Of a stretch of DNA of 64,000 nt, positions 38,495 to 49,522 are shown piece by piece. The notes under the pieces are model-generated. The model ran no database searches and had not been told where the DNA came from. It saw only the letters and a program-made list of their open reading frames with translations. Position 1 is the stretch's first letter, and each line of letters starts with the position of its first letter. The position numbers were made by a program, and so were the translations under genes. This DNA is from Escherichia coli (GTDB lineage: Bacteria; Pseudomonadota; Gammaproteobacteria; Enterobacterales; Enterobacteriaceae), in NCBI RefSeq assembly GCF_003018255.1, contig NZ_CP027440.1; one strand, 5' to 3'.

Positions 38495-41131
38495 ATGTCA
38501 TATCTGAATTTAAGACTTTACCAGCGAAACACACAATGCTTGCATATTCGTAAGCATCGTTTGGCTGGTTTTTTTGTCCGGCTCTTTGTCGCCTGTGCTT
38601 TTGCCGCACAGGCACCTTTGTCATCTGCCGAACTCTATTTTAATCCGCGCTTTTTAGCGGATGATCCCCAGGCTGTGGCCGATTTATCGCGTTTTGAAAA
38701 TGGGCAAGAATTACCGCCAGGGACGTATCGCGTCGATATCTATTTGAATAATGGTTATATGGCAACGCGTGATGTCACATTTAACACGGGCGACAGTGAA
38801 CAAGGGATTGTTCCCTGCCTGACACGCGCGCAACTTGCCAGTATGGGGCTGAATACGGCTTCTGTCTCCGGTATGAATCTGCTGGCGGATGATGCCTGCG
38901 TGCCATTAACCTCAATGATCCATGACGCTACTGCGCATTTAGATGTTGGTCAGCAGCGACTCAACCTGACGATCCCTCAGGCATTTATGAGTAATCGCGC
39001 GCGTGGTTATATTCCTCCTGAGTTATGGGATCCCGGTATTAATGCCGGATTGCTCAATTATAATTTCAGCGGAAATAGTGTACAGAATCGAATTGGGGGT
39101 AACAGCCATTATGCATATTTAAACCTACAGAGTGGGTTAAATATTGGTGCGTGGCGTTTACGCGACAATACCACCTGGAGTTATAACAGTAGCGACAGTT
39201 CATCAGGTAGCAAAAATAAATGGCAGCATATCAATACCTGGCTTGAGCGAGACATAATTCCGTTACGTTCCCGGCTGACGCTGGGTGATGGTTATACTCA
39301 GGGCGATATTTTCGATGGTATTAACTTTCGCGGCGCACAATTGGCCTCAGATGACAATATGTTACCCGATAGCCAAAGAGGATTTGCCCCGGTGATCCAC
39401 GGTATTGCTCGTGGTACTGCACAGGTCACTATTAAACAAAATGGGTATGACATTTATAATAGTACGGTGCCACCGGGGCCTTTTACCATCAACGATATCT
39501 ATGCCGCAGGTAATAGTGGTGACTTGCAGGTAACGATTAAAGAGGCTGACGGCAGTACGCAGATTTTTACCGTACCCTATTCGTCAGTCCCGCTTTTGCA
39601 GCGTGAAGGGCATACACGTTATTCCATTACGGCAGGAGAATACCGTAGTGGAAATGCGCAACAGGAAAAACCCCGCTTTTTCCAGAGTACATTACTCCAC
39701 GGCCTTCCGGCTGGCTGGACAATATATGGTGGAACGCAACTGGCGGATCGTTATCGTGCGTTTAATTTCGGTATCGGGAAAAATATGGGGGCACTGGGCG
39801 CTCTGTCTGTGGATATGACGCAGGCTAATTCCACACTTCCCGATGACAGTCAGCATGACGGACAATCGGTGCGTTTTCTTTATAACAAATCGCTCAATGA
39901 GTCAGGCACGAATATTCAGTTAGTGGGTTACCGTTATTCGACCAGTGGGTATTTTAATTTCGCTGATACAACATACAGTCGAATGAATGGCTACAACATC
40001 GAAACACAGGATGGAGTTATTCAGGTTAAGCCGAAATTCACCGACTATTACAATCTCGCTTATAACAAACGCGGGAAATTACAGCTCACCGTTACTCAGC
40101 AACTCGGGCGCTCATCAACACTGTATTTGAGTGGTAGCCATCAAACTTATTGGGGAACGAGTAATGTCGATGAGCAATTCCAGGCTGGTTTAAATACTGC
40201 ATTCGAAGATATCAACTGGACGCTCAGCTATAGCCTGACGAAAAACGCCTGGCAAAAAGGACGGGATCAGATGTTAGCGCTTAACGTCAATATTCCTTTC
40301 AGCCACTGGCTGCGTTCTGACAGTAAATCTCAGTGGCGACATGCCAGTGCCAGTTACAGCATGTCACACGATCTCAACGGTCGGATGACCAATCTGGCCG
40401 GTGTATACGGTACGTTGCTGGAAGACAACAACCTCAGCTATAGCGTGCAAACCGGTTACGCCGGGGGAGGTGATGGTAATAGCGGAAGTACAGGCTACGC
40501 CACGCTGAATTATCGCGGTGGTTACGGCAATGCCAACATCGGTTACAGCCATAGCGATGATATTAAGCAGCTCTATTACGGAGTCAGCGGTGGGGTACTG
40601 GCTCATGCCAATGGCGTAACGCTGGGGCAGCCGTTAAACGATACGGTGGTGCTTGTTAAAGCGCCTGGCGCAAAAGATGCAAAAGTCGAAAACCAGACGG
40701 GGGTGCGTACCGACTGGCGCGGTTATGCCGTGCTGCCTTATGCCACTGAATATCGGGAAAACAGAGTAGCGCTGGATACCAATACCCTGGCTGATAACGT
40801 CGATTTAGATAACGCGGTCGCTAACGTTGTTCCCACCCGTGGGGCGATCGTGCGAGCAGAGTTTAAAGCGCGCGTTGGGATAAAACTGCTCATGACGCTA
40901 ACCCACAATAATAAGCCGCTGCCGTTTGGGGCGATGGTGACATCAGAGAGTAGCCAGAGTAGCGGCATTGTTGCGGATAATGGTCAGGTTTACCTCAGCG
41001 GAATGCCTTTAGCGGGAAAAGTTCAGGTGAAATGGGGAGAAGAGGAAAATGCTCACTGTGTCGCCAATTATCAACTGCCACCAGAGAGTCAGCAGCAGTT
41101 ATTAACCCAGCTATCAGCTGAATGTCGTTAA
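38495..41131 (+). CDS. fimD: Outer-membrane usher FimD
   Basis: 878 aa usher. Confidence 0.95.
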   Translation: MSYLNLRLYQRNTQCLHIRKHRLAGFFVRLFVACAFAAQAPLSSAELYFNPRFLADDPQAVADLSRFENGQELPPGTYRVDIYLNNGYMATRDVTFNTGDSEQGIVPCLTRAQLASMGLNTASVSGMNLLADDACVPLTSMIHDATAHLDVGQQRLNLTIPQAFMSNRARGYIPPELWDPGINAGLLNYNFSGNSVQNRIGGNSHYAYLNLQSGLNIGAWRLRDNTTWSYNSSDSSSGSKNKWQHINTWLERDIIPLRSRLTLGDGYTQGDIFDGINFRGAQLASDDNMLPDSQRGFAPVIHGIARGTAQVTIKQNGYDIYNSTVPPGPFTINDIYAAGNSGDLQVTIKEADGSTQIFTVPYSSVPLLQREGHTRYSITAGEYRSGNAQQEKPRFFQSTLLHGLPAGWTIYGGTQLADRYRAFNFGIGKNMGALGALSVDMTQANSTLPDDSQHDGQSVRFLYNKSLNESGTNIQLVGYRYSTSGYFNFADTTYSRMNGYNIETQDGVIQVKPKFTDYYNLAYNKRGKLQLTVTQQLGRSSTLYLSGSHQTYWGTSNVDEQFQAGLNTAFEDINWTLSYSLTKNAWQKGRDQMLALNVNIPFSHWLRSDSKSQWRHASASYSMSHDLNGRMTNLAGVYGTLLEDNNLSYSVQTGYAGGGDGNSGSTGYATLNYRGGYGNANIGYSHSDDIKQLYYGVSGGVLAHANGVTLGQPLNDTVVLVKAPGAKDAKVENQTGVRTDWRGYAVLPYATEYRENRVALDTNTLADNVDLDNAVANVVPTRGAIVRAEFKARVGIKLLMTLTHNNKPLPFGAMVTSESSQSSGIVADNGQVYLSGMPLAGKVQVKWGEEENAHCVANYQLPPESQQQLLTQLSAECR

Positions 41132-41140
41132 GGAGGCGTG

Positions 41141-41671
41141 ATGAGAAACAAACCTTTTTATCTTCTTTGCGCTTTTTTGTGGCTGGCGGTAAGTCACGCT
41201 TTGGCTGCGGATAGCACGATTACTATCCGCGGCTATGTCAGAGATAATGGCTGTAGTGTGGCCGCTGAATCAACCAATTTTACTGTTGATCTGATGGAAA
41301 ACGCGGTGAAGCAATTTAACAACATTGGCGCGACGACTCCTGTCGTTCCATTTCGTATTTTGCTGTCACCCTGTGGTAATGCCGTTTCTGCCGTAAAAGT
41401 TGGGTTTACCGGTGTTGCAGATAGCCACAATGCCAACCTGCTTGCACTTGAAAATACGGTGTCAGCGGCTGCGGGACTGGGAATACAGCTTCTGAATGAG
41501 CAACAAAATCAGATACCCCTTAATGCCCCATCGTCCGCGATTTCGTGGACGACCCTGACGCCGGGTAAACCAAATACGCTGAATTTTTACGCCCGGCTAA
41601 TGGCGACACAGGTGCCTGTCACTGCGGGGCATATCAATGCCACGGCTACCTTCACTCTTGAATATCAGTAA
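41141..41671 (+). CDS. fimF: Fimbrial minor subunit FimF
   Basis: ORF 41138 trimmed to second ATG ([22 protein letters not shown]). Confidence 0.9.
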   Translation: MRNKPFYLLCAFLWLAVSHALAADSTITIRGYVRDNGCSVAAESTNFTVDLMENAVKQFNNIGATTPVVPFRILLSPCGNAVSAVKVGFTGVADSHNANLLALENTVSAAAGLGIQLLNEQQNQIPLNAPSSAISWTTLTPGKPNTLNFYARLMATQVPVTAGHINATATFTLEYQ

Positions 41672-41683
41672 CTGGAGATGCTC

Positions 41684-42187
41684 ATGAAATGGCGCAAACG
41701 TGGGTATTTATTGGCGGCAATGTTGGCGCTCGCAAGTGCGACGATACAGGCAGCCGATGTCACCATCACGGTGAACGGTAAGGTCGTCGCCAAACCGTGC
41801 ACGGTTTCCACCACCAATGCCACGGTAGATCTCGGCGATCTTTATTCTTTCAGTCTGATGTCTGCCGGGGCGGCATCGGCCTGGCATGATGTTGCGCTTG
41901 AGTTGACTAATTGTCCGGTGGGAACGTCGAGGGTCACCGCCGGCTTCAGCGGGGCAGCCGACAGTACCGGATATTATAAAAACCAGGGGACCGCGCAAAA
42001 CATCCAGTTAGAGCTACAGGATGACAGTGGCAACACATTGAATAGTGGCGCAACCAAAACAGTTCAGGTGGATGATTCCTCACAATCAGCGCACTTCCCG
42101 TTACAGGTCAGAGCATTGACGGTAAATGGCGGAGCCACTCAGGGAACCATTCAGGCAGTAATTAGCATCACCTATACCTACAGCTGA
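41684..42187 (+). CDS. fimG: Fimbrial minor subunit FimG
   Basis: ORF 41678 trimmed to MKWRKRGYLLAAMLALASA. Confidence 0.9.
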   Translation: MKWRKRGYLLAAMLALASATIQAADVTITVNGKVVAKPCTVSTTNATVDLGDLYSFSLMSAGAASAWHDVALELTNCPVGTSRVTAGFSGAADSTGYYKNQGTAQNIQLELQDDSGNTLNSGATKTVQVDDSSQSAHFPLQVRALTVNGGATQGTIQAVISITYTYS

Positions 42188-42206
42188 AGCCGAAGAGATG
42201 ATTGTA

Positions 42207-43109
42207 ATGAAACGAGTTATTTACCTGTTTGCTGTACTGCTGATGGGCTGGTCGGTAAATGCCTGGTCATTCGCCTGTAAAACCGCCAATGGCACCGCTA
42301 TCCCTATTGGCGGTGGCAGCGCTAATGTTTATGTAAACCTTGCGCCTGCCGTGAATGTGGGGCAAAACCTGGTCGTGGATCTTTCGACGCAAATCTTTTG
42401 CCATAACGATTATCCGGAAACCATTACAGACTATGTCACACTGCAACGAGGCTCGGCTTATGGCGGCGTGTTATCTAATTTTTCCGGGACCGTAAAATAT
42501 AGTGGCAGTAGCTATCCATTTCCGACCACTAGCGAAACGCCGCGCGTTGTTTATAATTCGAGAACGGATAAGCCGTGGCCGGTGGCGCTTTATTTGACGC
42601 CTGTGAGCAGTGCGGGCGGGGTGGCGATTAAAGCTGGCTCATTAATTGCCGTGCTAATTTTGCGACAGACCAACAACTATAACAGCGATGATTTCCAGTT
42701 TGTGTGGAATATTTACGCCAATAATGATGTGGTGGTGCCTACTGGCGGCTGTGATGTTTCTGCTCGTGATGTCACCGTTACTCTGCCGGACTATCCCGGT
42801 TCGGTGCCGATTCCTCTTACCGTTTATTGTGCGAAAAGCCAAAACCTGGGGTATTACCTCTCCGGCACAACCGCAGATGCGGGCAACTCGATTTTCACCA
42901 ATACCGCCTCGTTTTCACCAGCACAGGGCGTCGGCGTACAGTTGACGCGCAACGGTACGATTATTCCAGCGAATAACACGGTATCGTTAGGAGCAGTGGG
43001 GACTTCGGCGGTAAGTCTGGGATTAACGGCAAATTACGCACGTACCGGAGGGCAGGTGACTGCAGGGAATGTGCAATCGATTATTGGCGTTACTTTTGTT
43101 TATCAATAA
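42207..43109 (+). CDS. fimH: Mannose-binding adhesin FimH
   Basis: ORF 42198 trimmed to MKRVIYLFAVLLMGWSVNAWS; 300 aa; lectin domain begins FACKTANGTAIPIGGGSANVYVNLAPAVNVGQ. Confidence 0.95.
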   Translation: MKRVIYLFAVLLMGWSVNAWSFACKTANGTAIPIGGGSANVYVNLAPAVNVGQNLVVDLSTQIFCHNDYPETITDYVTLQRGSAYGGVLSNFSGTVKYSGSSYPFPTTSETPRVVYNSRTDKPWPVALYLTPVSSAGGVAIKAGSLIAVLILRQTNNYNSDDFQFVWNIYANNDVVVPTGGCDVSARDVTVTLPDYPGSVPIPLTVYCAKSQNLGYYLSGTTADAGNSIFTNTASFSPAQGVGVQLTRNGTIIPANNTVSLGAVGTSAVSLGLTANYARTGGQVTAGNVQSIIGVTFVYQ

Positions 43110-43192
43110 AGAAATCACAGGGCATTGCTAATGCAGGTACGCAATATTACCTGAAGCTAAAACCTGCACGTTAGCCCTTTGTATGCCAGATA

Positions 43193-43228
43193 AGACGCGT
43201 CAGCGTCGCATCTGGCATAAACAAAGCG
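43193..43228. repeat. REP (repetitive extragenic palindromic) element
   Basis: ATGCCAGATAAGACGCGTCAGCGTCGCATCTGGCAT palindrome between fimH and gntP. Confidence 0.5.
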
Positions 43229-43250
43229 CACTTTACCGACAATCCGAACA

Positions 43251-43284
43251 GAGCCTGCCATTGGCAGGCTCCGGTGTTCTTTTA
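43251..43284 (+). terminator. Hairpin plus T-run after the fim operon (overlaps gntP 3' end)
   Basis: GAGCCTGCCATTGGCAGGCTC followed by CGGTGTTCTTTT. Confidence 0.35.
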
Positions 43285-44625
43285 CGCTACCATGCTAATA
43301 ATCAACACAATAATCAGCCCAACCACGGAGTTGACCAGCTCCAGCAGACCCCAGGTTTTCAACGTGTCTTTTACTGACAGGTCAAAGTAACCTTTGAACA
43401 ACCAGAAAGATGCATCGTTAATGTGCGTGAGGGTGTTGGAACCCGCAGCCGTCGCCAGCACCAGCAGCGCCGGATTCACGCCAACCAGCTGACCGGTTGC
43501 TGGATCAAGGATTGCAGCACTGATAATCCCGGCAGCGGTCATCGCCGAAACGACACCCTGACCCGTCGCCAGACGAATCAGTACGGTGATCAGCCATGCC
43601 ATGATGTAGGGCGAGATATTGCCGTGGGACATCAACATGCCGATGGTGTCGCCAATGCCGGTGTCGATGATGGTCTGCTTCAGCACGCCACCCGCACCGA
43701 TGATCAGAATCACCATTGCAATGCTTTTCACCGCGCTTTCAAAAGCGTTCATCACCCACTGCATGTCATGACCACGCGCGGTGCCAAAGAGTACGAATGC
43801 AACCACCATCGCAATAAACATTGCAATCGGCGAGGAACCGATAAAGTTAACCACTTCCCAGGCAGGGGTATCTTTTACCAGCCAGATATTGGCGATGGTG
43901 GTAGAGATCATAATGATCGCCGGGATCAGCGGCACCAGAATCGAAACGCCGAAAGAGGGCAGATTATTCATATCTACCGGTTGATCTGCTTTCAGGAATG
44001 ATGGCGTTGGGCGCTCAAGATTGCCGAGGAACTTCGGCAGGATCAGACCTGCGCAGATGACACTTGGGATCGTCACCAGTACGCCATAGATATAAACCAT
44101 CCCCATATCCGCGCCATAGGCATTCACCAGCGCCACCGGACCCGGCTGCGGTGGGAACAGTGAATGTGCGGTAGTGGCAGCTGCTACTGCCGGGATCGCC
44201 AGTTTCAGGAACGGAATTTTAGCTTCGGCGGCAATAACAATAACCAGCGGCGCCAGCATAATAAAGGCCACTTCATAGAACATCGCCAGACCAAAAATAA
44301 GTCCGATGATAATCACTGATATCTGAACATAGCGCAGGCCGAGACGTGCCAGCAGGGTATGCGCTATCTGGTGAGCAGCGCCGGAGTCGACCATCAATTT
44401 ACCGATGACCGCACCAAACACCACGATGATCGCCAGTTCCCCCAGCGTGTTGCCGAAACCTGCTTTCATGGTGTGCAGCAGCGACATCAAATCCATACCG
44501 GCCAGCATCCCGACGGACAGCGCCGCCACCAACAAAGCCACCATCGAATTGATTTTGAACTTCAAATTCAGTACCAGCATCAGGCCAATGCCGAATACCA
44601 CCCAGAGAATGTTAAGCACATGCAT
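43282..44625 (-). CDS. gntP: Gluconate/fructuronate transporter GntP
   Basis: 447 aa polytopic membrane protein ([23 protein letters not shown]...). Confidence 0.9.
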   Translation of the reverse strand: MHVLNILWVVFGIGLMLVLNLKFKINSMVALLVAALSVGMLAGMDLMSLLHTMKAGFGNTLGELAIIVVFGAVIGKLMVDSGAAHQIAHTLLARLGLRYVQISVIIIGLIFGLAMFYEVAFIMLAPLVIVIAAEAKIPFLKLAIPAVAAATTAHSLFPPQPGPVALVNAYGADMGMVYIYGVLVTIPSVICAGLILPKFLGNLERPTPSFLKADQPVDMNNLPSFGVSILVPLIPAIIMISTTIANIWLVKDTPAWEVVNFIGSSPIAMFIAMVVAFVLFGTARGHDMQWVMNAFESAVKSIAMVILIIGAGGVLKQTIIDTGIGDTIGMLMSHGNISPYIMAWLITVLIRLATGQGVVSAMTAAGIISAAILDPATGQLVGVNPALLVLATAAGSNTLTHINDASFWLFKGYFDLSVKDTLKTWGLLELVNSVVGLIIVLIISMVA

Positions 44626-44788
44626 AACGTTTTACCTTACCTGGTTGAACCGTTGTTATTTTGGGCGACATGTTATGTAAATTGGTCAACCATTGTTGCG
44701 ATGAATGTCACATCCTCTGATCAATAACCATCGATTACCCTTTGCTGCAATTTGCAGCAACAACCAGGAGAGTGAAATTCTTGTGATG

Positions 44789-44798
44789 TGGTTAACCA
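44789..44798. promoter_or_regulatory. Palindrome TGGTTAACCA in gntP-uxuA divergent region; candidate UxuR/ExuR operator
   Basis: Perfect 10-bp palindrome, resembling the TTGGTATACCAA-type UxuR/ExuR box (from memory), between divergent gntP and uxuA. Confidence 0.3.
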
Positions 44799-44964
44799 AT
44801 TTCAGATTTCGGGTTGACATGTCTTACCAAAAGGTAGAACTTATACGCCATCTCATCCGATGCAACGCCACGGCTGCGGTCTGGTTGTTCATCCGGATAC
44901 CTAAACAACTCCGGGGCTCCACGTCTCTTTGCTGTGGAACCCACTATGTGAAAGAGGAAAAATC

Positions 44965-46149
44965 ATGGAACAGACCTGGCGCTGGTACGGCCCAAACGAT
45001 CCGGTTTCTTTAGCTGATGTCCGTCAGGCGGGCGCAACTGGCGTGGTTACCGCGCTGCACCATATCCCGAACGGCGAAGTATGGTCCGTAGAAGAGATCC
45101 TCAAACGCAAGGCGATCGTTGAAGACGCAGGCCTGGTGTGGTCTGTCGTTGAAAGCGTACCAATTCACGAAGATATCAAAACCCACACTGGCAACTATGA
45201 GCAGTGGATTGCTAACTATCAGCAGACCCTGCGCAACCTGGCGCAGTGCGGCATTCGCACCGTGTGCTACAACTTCATGCCGGTGCTCGACTGGACCCGT
45301 ACTGACCTCGAATACGTGCTGCCAGACGGCTCCAAAGCTCTGCGCTTCGACCAGATCGAATTCGCTGCATTCGAAATGCATATCCTGAAGCGTCCAGGCG
45401 CGGAAGCGGATTACACCGAAGAAGAAATTGCTCAGGCAGCTGTTCGCTTCGCCACTATGAGCGACGAAGACAAAGCGCGTCTGACCCGTAACATCATTGC
45501 CGGTCTGCCAGGTGCGGAAGAAGGGTATACCCTCGACCAGTTCCGTAAGCACCTGGAGCTGTACAAAGATATCGACAAAGCGAAGCTGCGCGAAAACTTC
45601 GCTGTCTTCCTGAAAGCGATTATTCCAGTTGCTGAAGAAGTTGGCGTGCGTATGGCGGTTCACCCGGACGATCCGCCGCGCCCGATCCTCGGCCTGCCGC
45701 GCATTGTTTCCACCATTGAAGATATGCAGTGGATGGTTGATACCGTAAACAGCATGGCGAACGGTTTCACCATGTGCACCGGTTCCTACGGCGTGCGTGC
45801 TGACAACGATCTGGTTGATATGATCAAGCAGTTCGGTCCGCGTATTTACTTCACCCATCTGCGCTCCACCATGCGTGAAGATAACCCGAAAACCTTCCAC
45901 GAAGCGGCGCACCTGAACGGTGACGTTGATATGTACGAAGTGGTGAAAGCGATTGTTGAAGAAGAACACCGTCGTAAAGCGGAAGGCAAAGAAGACCTGA
46001 TCCCGATGCGTCCGGACCACGGTCATCAGATGCTGGACGACCTGAAGAAGAAAACCAATCCTGGTTACTCCGCAATTGGTCGTCTGAAAGGCCTGGCCGA
46101 AGTTCGCGGTGTCGAACTGGCGATCCAGCGCGCTTTCTTTAGCCGTTAA
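44965..46149 (+). CDS. uxuA: Mannonate dehydratase UxuA
   Basis: ORF 44929 trimmed to [40 protein letters not shown], 394 aa. Confidence 0.95.
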
Positions 46150-46229
46150 TATCCACCGGCATGGCTGCGCGCCGTGCCGGTTCCTTCTTCCTTGCCGTCA
46201 CTCTCTGAAGACGGATTCTGGAGTTTACG

Positions 46230-47690
46230 ATGACTACTATTGTTGACAGCAATCTGCCGGTTGCCCGCCCGTCATGGGATCATTCTCGTCTGGAATCACG
46301 CATTGTGCATCTCGGTTGCGGGGCGTTTCACCGCGCGCACCAGGCGCTGTACACTCATCACCTGCTGGAAAGCACGGATAGCGACTGGGGGATCTGCGAA
46401 GTTAACCTGATGCCAGGCAACGACCGCGTGCTGATCGAAAACCTGAAAAAACAGCAACTGCTGTACACCGTGGCGGAAAAAGGCGCAGAAAGCACCGAGC
46501 TGAAAATTATCGGTTCGATGAAAGAAGCCCTGCACCCGGAAATCGACGGTTGCGAAGGTATTCTCAACGCGATGGCGCGTCCGCAGACGGCGATTGTCTC
46601 TCTGACGGTCACGGAAAAAGGCTACTGCGCAGATGCGGCAAGCGGTCAACTGGATCTCAATAACCCGCTGATCAAGCACGATCTGGAAAACCCGACTGCG
46701 CCGAAGTCTGCGATTGGTTACATCGTAGAAGCCCTGCGTCTGCGTCGTGAAAAAGGGCTGAAAGCATTTACGGTGATGTCCTGCGATAACGTGCGTGAAA
46801 ACGGTCATGTGGCGAAGGTTGCCGTTCTTGGGCTGGCTCAGGCGCGTGACCCGCAACTGGCGGCATGGATTGAAGAGAACGTCACCTTCCCGTGCACCAT
46901 GGTTGACCGCATCGTTCCGGCGGCGACGCCAGAAACCTTACAGGAAATTGCTGACCAGCTGGGTGTTTACGACCCGTGCGCCATTGCCTGCGAACCGTTC
47001 CGTCAGTGGGTAATTGAAGATAACTTCGTTAATGGTCGTCCGGACTGGGATAAAGTCGGCGCGCAGTTTGTTGCGGATGTTGTACCGTTCGAAATGATGA
47101 AGCTGCGTATGCTGAACGGTAGCCACTCTTTCCTGGCGTACCTCGGTTACCTCGGCGGCTATGAAACTATTGCCGACACCATGACTAACCCGGCTTATCG
47201 CAAAGCGGCCTTTGCCCTGATGATGCAGGAACAAGCGCCAACGCTGTCGATGCCGGAAGGTACAGACCTGAACGCTTATGCGACGCTGCTGATCGAGCGT
47301 TTCAGCAACCCGTCTCTGCGTCACCGTACCTGGCAGATTGCAATGGACGGCAGCCAGAAGTTACCGCAGCGTCTGCTGGACCCGGTGCGTCTGCACCTGC
47401 AAAACGGCGGTAGCTGGCGTCACCTGGCGCTGGGCGTGGCGGGCTGGATGCGTTACACCCAGGGCGTGGATGAGCAGGGTAATGCCATTGACGTGGTTGA
47501 CCCGATGCTGGCGGAGTTCCAGAAGATCAACGCGCAGTATCAGGGTGCAGACCGCGTGAAAGCACTGCTGGGCCTGAGCGGTATCTTTGCCGATGATCTG
47601 CCGCAGAACGCCGACTTTGTTGGCGCGGTGACGGCGGCATATCAGCAGCTGTGTGAGCGCGGTGCGCGCGAGTGTGTGGCTGCGCTGTAA
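46230..47690 (+). CDS. uxuB: D-mannonate oxidoreductase UxuB
   Basis: 486 aa; N-terminal Rossmann motif LGCGAFHRAHQALY. Confidence 0.95.
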   Translation: MTTIVDSNLPVARPSWDHSRLESRIVHLGCGAFHRAHQALYTHHLLESTDSDWGICEVNLMPGNDRVLIENLKKQQLLYTVAEKGAESTELKIIGSMKEALHPEIDGCEGILNAMARPQTAIVSLTVTEKGYCADAASGQLDLNNPLIKHDLENPTAPKSAIGYIVEALRLRREKGLKAFTVMSCDNVRENGHVAKVAVLGLAQARDPQLAAWIEENVTFPCTMVDRIVPAATPETLQEIADQLGVYDPCAIACEPFRQWVIEDNFVNGRPDWDKVGAQFVADVVPFEMMKLRMLNGSHSFLAYLGYLGGYETIADTMTNPAYRKAAFALMMQEQAPTLSMPEGTDLNAYATLLIERFSNPSLRHRTWQIAMDGSQKLPQRLLDPVRLHLQNGGSWRHLALGVAGWMRYTQGVDEQGNAIDVVDPMLAEFQKINAQYQGADRVKALLGLSGIFADDLPQNADFVGAVTAAYQQLCERGARECVAAL

Positions 47691-47714
47691 CTAACTGATT
47701 ACCCTACAGACTTA

Positions 47715-47759
47715 CTGGTCAATCAAACTAATATTTGGTTGACCAGTTTTCGTTTTTTT
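47715..47759 (+). terminator. Rho-independent terminator downstream of uxuB
   Basis: CTGGTCAATCAAACTAATATTTGGTTGACCAG hairpin followed by TTTTCGTTTTTTT. Confidence 0.6.
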
Positions 47760-47833
47760 GCCCACCTGTACGTGCCAACATCCAGTGCTAATGGTATAGT
47801 TTGAGCTTAACGGGTGCCGTAAAATTGCCCGTT

Positions 47834-47866
<33 letters not shown>

Positions 47867-47904
47867 AAAAAATTTGATTAACCGCACCTAACGGACACAA
47901 CACC

Positions 47905-48678
47905 ATGAAATCTGCCACCTCTGCGCAAAGACCTTACCAGGAAGTCGGGGCGATGATCCGCGATCTGATCATAAAGACGCCGTACAATCCTGGCGAACGG
48001 CTGCCACCGGAGCGTGAAATTGCAGAAATGCTTGATGTCACGCGGACGGTGGTACGTGAAGCGCTGATCATGCTGGAGATCAAAGGGCTGGTGGAAGTGC
48101 GCCGGGGTGCCGGTATTTATGTTCTTGATAGCTCAGGCAGCCACAACACAGACAGTCCGGATGCCAACGTCTGTAATGATGCCGGTCCTTTTGAGCTGTT
48201 ACAGGCGCGTCAGTTACTGGAAAGTAACATCGCGGAATTTGCCGCTTTGCAGGCTACCCGCGAAGATATCGTCAAAATGCGTCAGGCATTGCAACTGGAA
48301 GAGCGTGAACTGGCTTCCAGCGCGCCGGGTAGCAGCGAAAGCGGTGATATGCAGTTCCATCTCGCCATTGCCGAAGCAACGCATAACAGCATGCTGGTGG
48401 AGTTATTCCGTCAGTCCTGGCAGTGGCGGGAAAACAATCCAATGTGGATCCAATTGCACAGCCATCTCGATGACAGCCTGTATCGCAAAGAGTGGTTGGG
48501 CGATCACAAACAGATCCTCGCCGCGTTAATCAAAAAAGATGCCCGTGCGGCGAAGCTGGCAATGTGGCAGCATCTGGAAAACGTTAAACAACGTCTGCTG
48601 GAATTCTCGAACGTTGACGATATTTATTTTGACGGCTATCTGTTTGATTCATGGCCGCTGGATAAAGTCGACGCCTGA
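47905..48678 (+). CDS. uxuR: GntR-family repressor UxuR
   Basis: 257 aa; N-terminal winged HTH, FadR-type C-terminal domain. Confidence 0.95.
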   Translation: MKSATSAQRPYQEVGAMIRDLIIKTPYNPGERLPPEREIAEMLDVTRTVVREALIMLEIKGLVEVRRGAGIYVLDSSGSHNTDSPDANVCNDAGPFELLQARQLLESNIAEFAALQATREDIVKMRQALQLEERELASSAPGSSESGDMQFHLAIAEATHNSMLVELFRQSWQWRENNPMWIQLHSHLDDSLYRKEWLGDHKQILAALIKKDARAAKLAMWQHLENVKQRLLEFSNVDDIYFDGYLFDSWPLDKVDA

Positions 48679-49082
48679 TCCCTCATTTCTGGTGCAAAGT
48701 TGAACCGCTTTGCACTATGTATGTTCCCTGAATAGTTAATTATGTTCTGCAGAATATATTATGCGTAAATTAATCATTACGTACGATATATTGTTTTGGA
48801 ATAATTATATATCAGTTTAACGCTGAGAAATTATTCGGAATAATCAGAATATGTTAACGTATTTCCGTTATGTTTAATGACTTTTGTCAAATGATACCTT
48901 TTTAAATAAAAAGTCAGTGGATATTCTTTTCTGTACAGTGTTTTATCTTTGGCGGATCTTATAAATCCCTTATGAAAGTGCCAGGGACGCAATGAGCATA
49001 AAGGAATGATTATGGAATATGAGCATCAACCCAGTGGTGTCCGGCAGCCAGGGCAGGATACAGATGCCACTAAACGTCAGGA

Positions 49083-49475
49083 GTGCGCAAAATGATGCGC
49101 CAATCAGTTCAGACGGTATTACCTGAAAGTACAGGACACAATACGTTATCGCTGCGTGATTCCGTATGCCGGGATCTCTTTCAACTTTTTAGTTCTCCCC
49201 ATTCACCGCTACCAATATTACTTGTTTCAGGCATGCCTGAGTGGCAAGGGCATAATCAGAGCGACAAGCTTCTCCAGAGTTGGTATTGCCGCCAGTTACG
49301 TTCCGCGCTTTTATTTCATGAGCCACGTATTGCGGCATTGCAGGTCAATCTGAAAGAAGCCTATTGCCACGAGTTGGCCATTAGTCTGGAGATGATGCTG
49401 TACCACGATGATGAGCCGCTAACGTTTGACCTGGTCTGGCAGAAGGGGAACTGGCATCGCACGATGCCGCAGTAA
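49083..49475 (+). CDS. iraD: Anti-adaptor protein IraD (RpoS stabiliser)
   Basis: 130 aa matching IraD/YjiD; preceded by an AT-rich regulatory region. Confidence 0.8.
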   Translation: MRKMMRQSVQTVLPESTGHNTLSLRDSVCRDLFQLFSSPHSPLPILLVSGMPEWQGHNQSDKLLQSWYCRQLRSALLFHEPRIAALQVNLKEAYCHELAISLEMMLYHDDEPLTFDLVWQKGNWHRTMPQ

Positions 49476-49522
49476 ATGACGGGAAACGCGATACGCGCAA
49501 GACGTATCGCGTTAGGTCACAA

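Noticed and set aside
39603-40968. Short ORFs inside fimD (39603..39818 plus; 40364..40606 and 40738..40968 minus)
   Set aside because: Nested within or antisense to the fimD usher gene; no independent signals.
43183-43377. 64-aa plus-strand ORF
   Set aside because: Overlaps the REP element and the gntP 3' end; most likely non-coding.
43423-44001. 192-aa plus-strand ORF
   Set aside because: Antisense to gntP; H/R/N-rich low-complexity translation.
45010-46026. 338-aa ORF on the minus strand
   Set aside because: It is entirely antisense to uxuA, a confidently identified gene; long antisense ORFs are common artefacts of codon bias.
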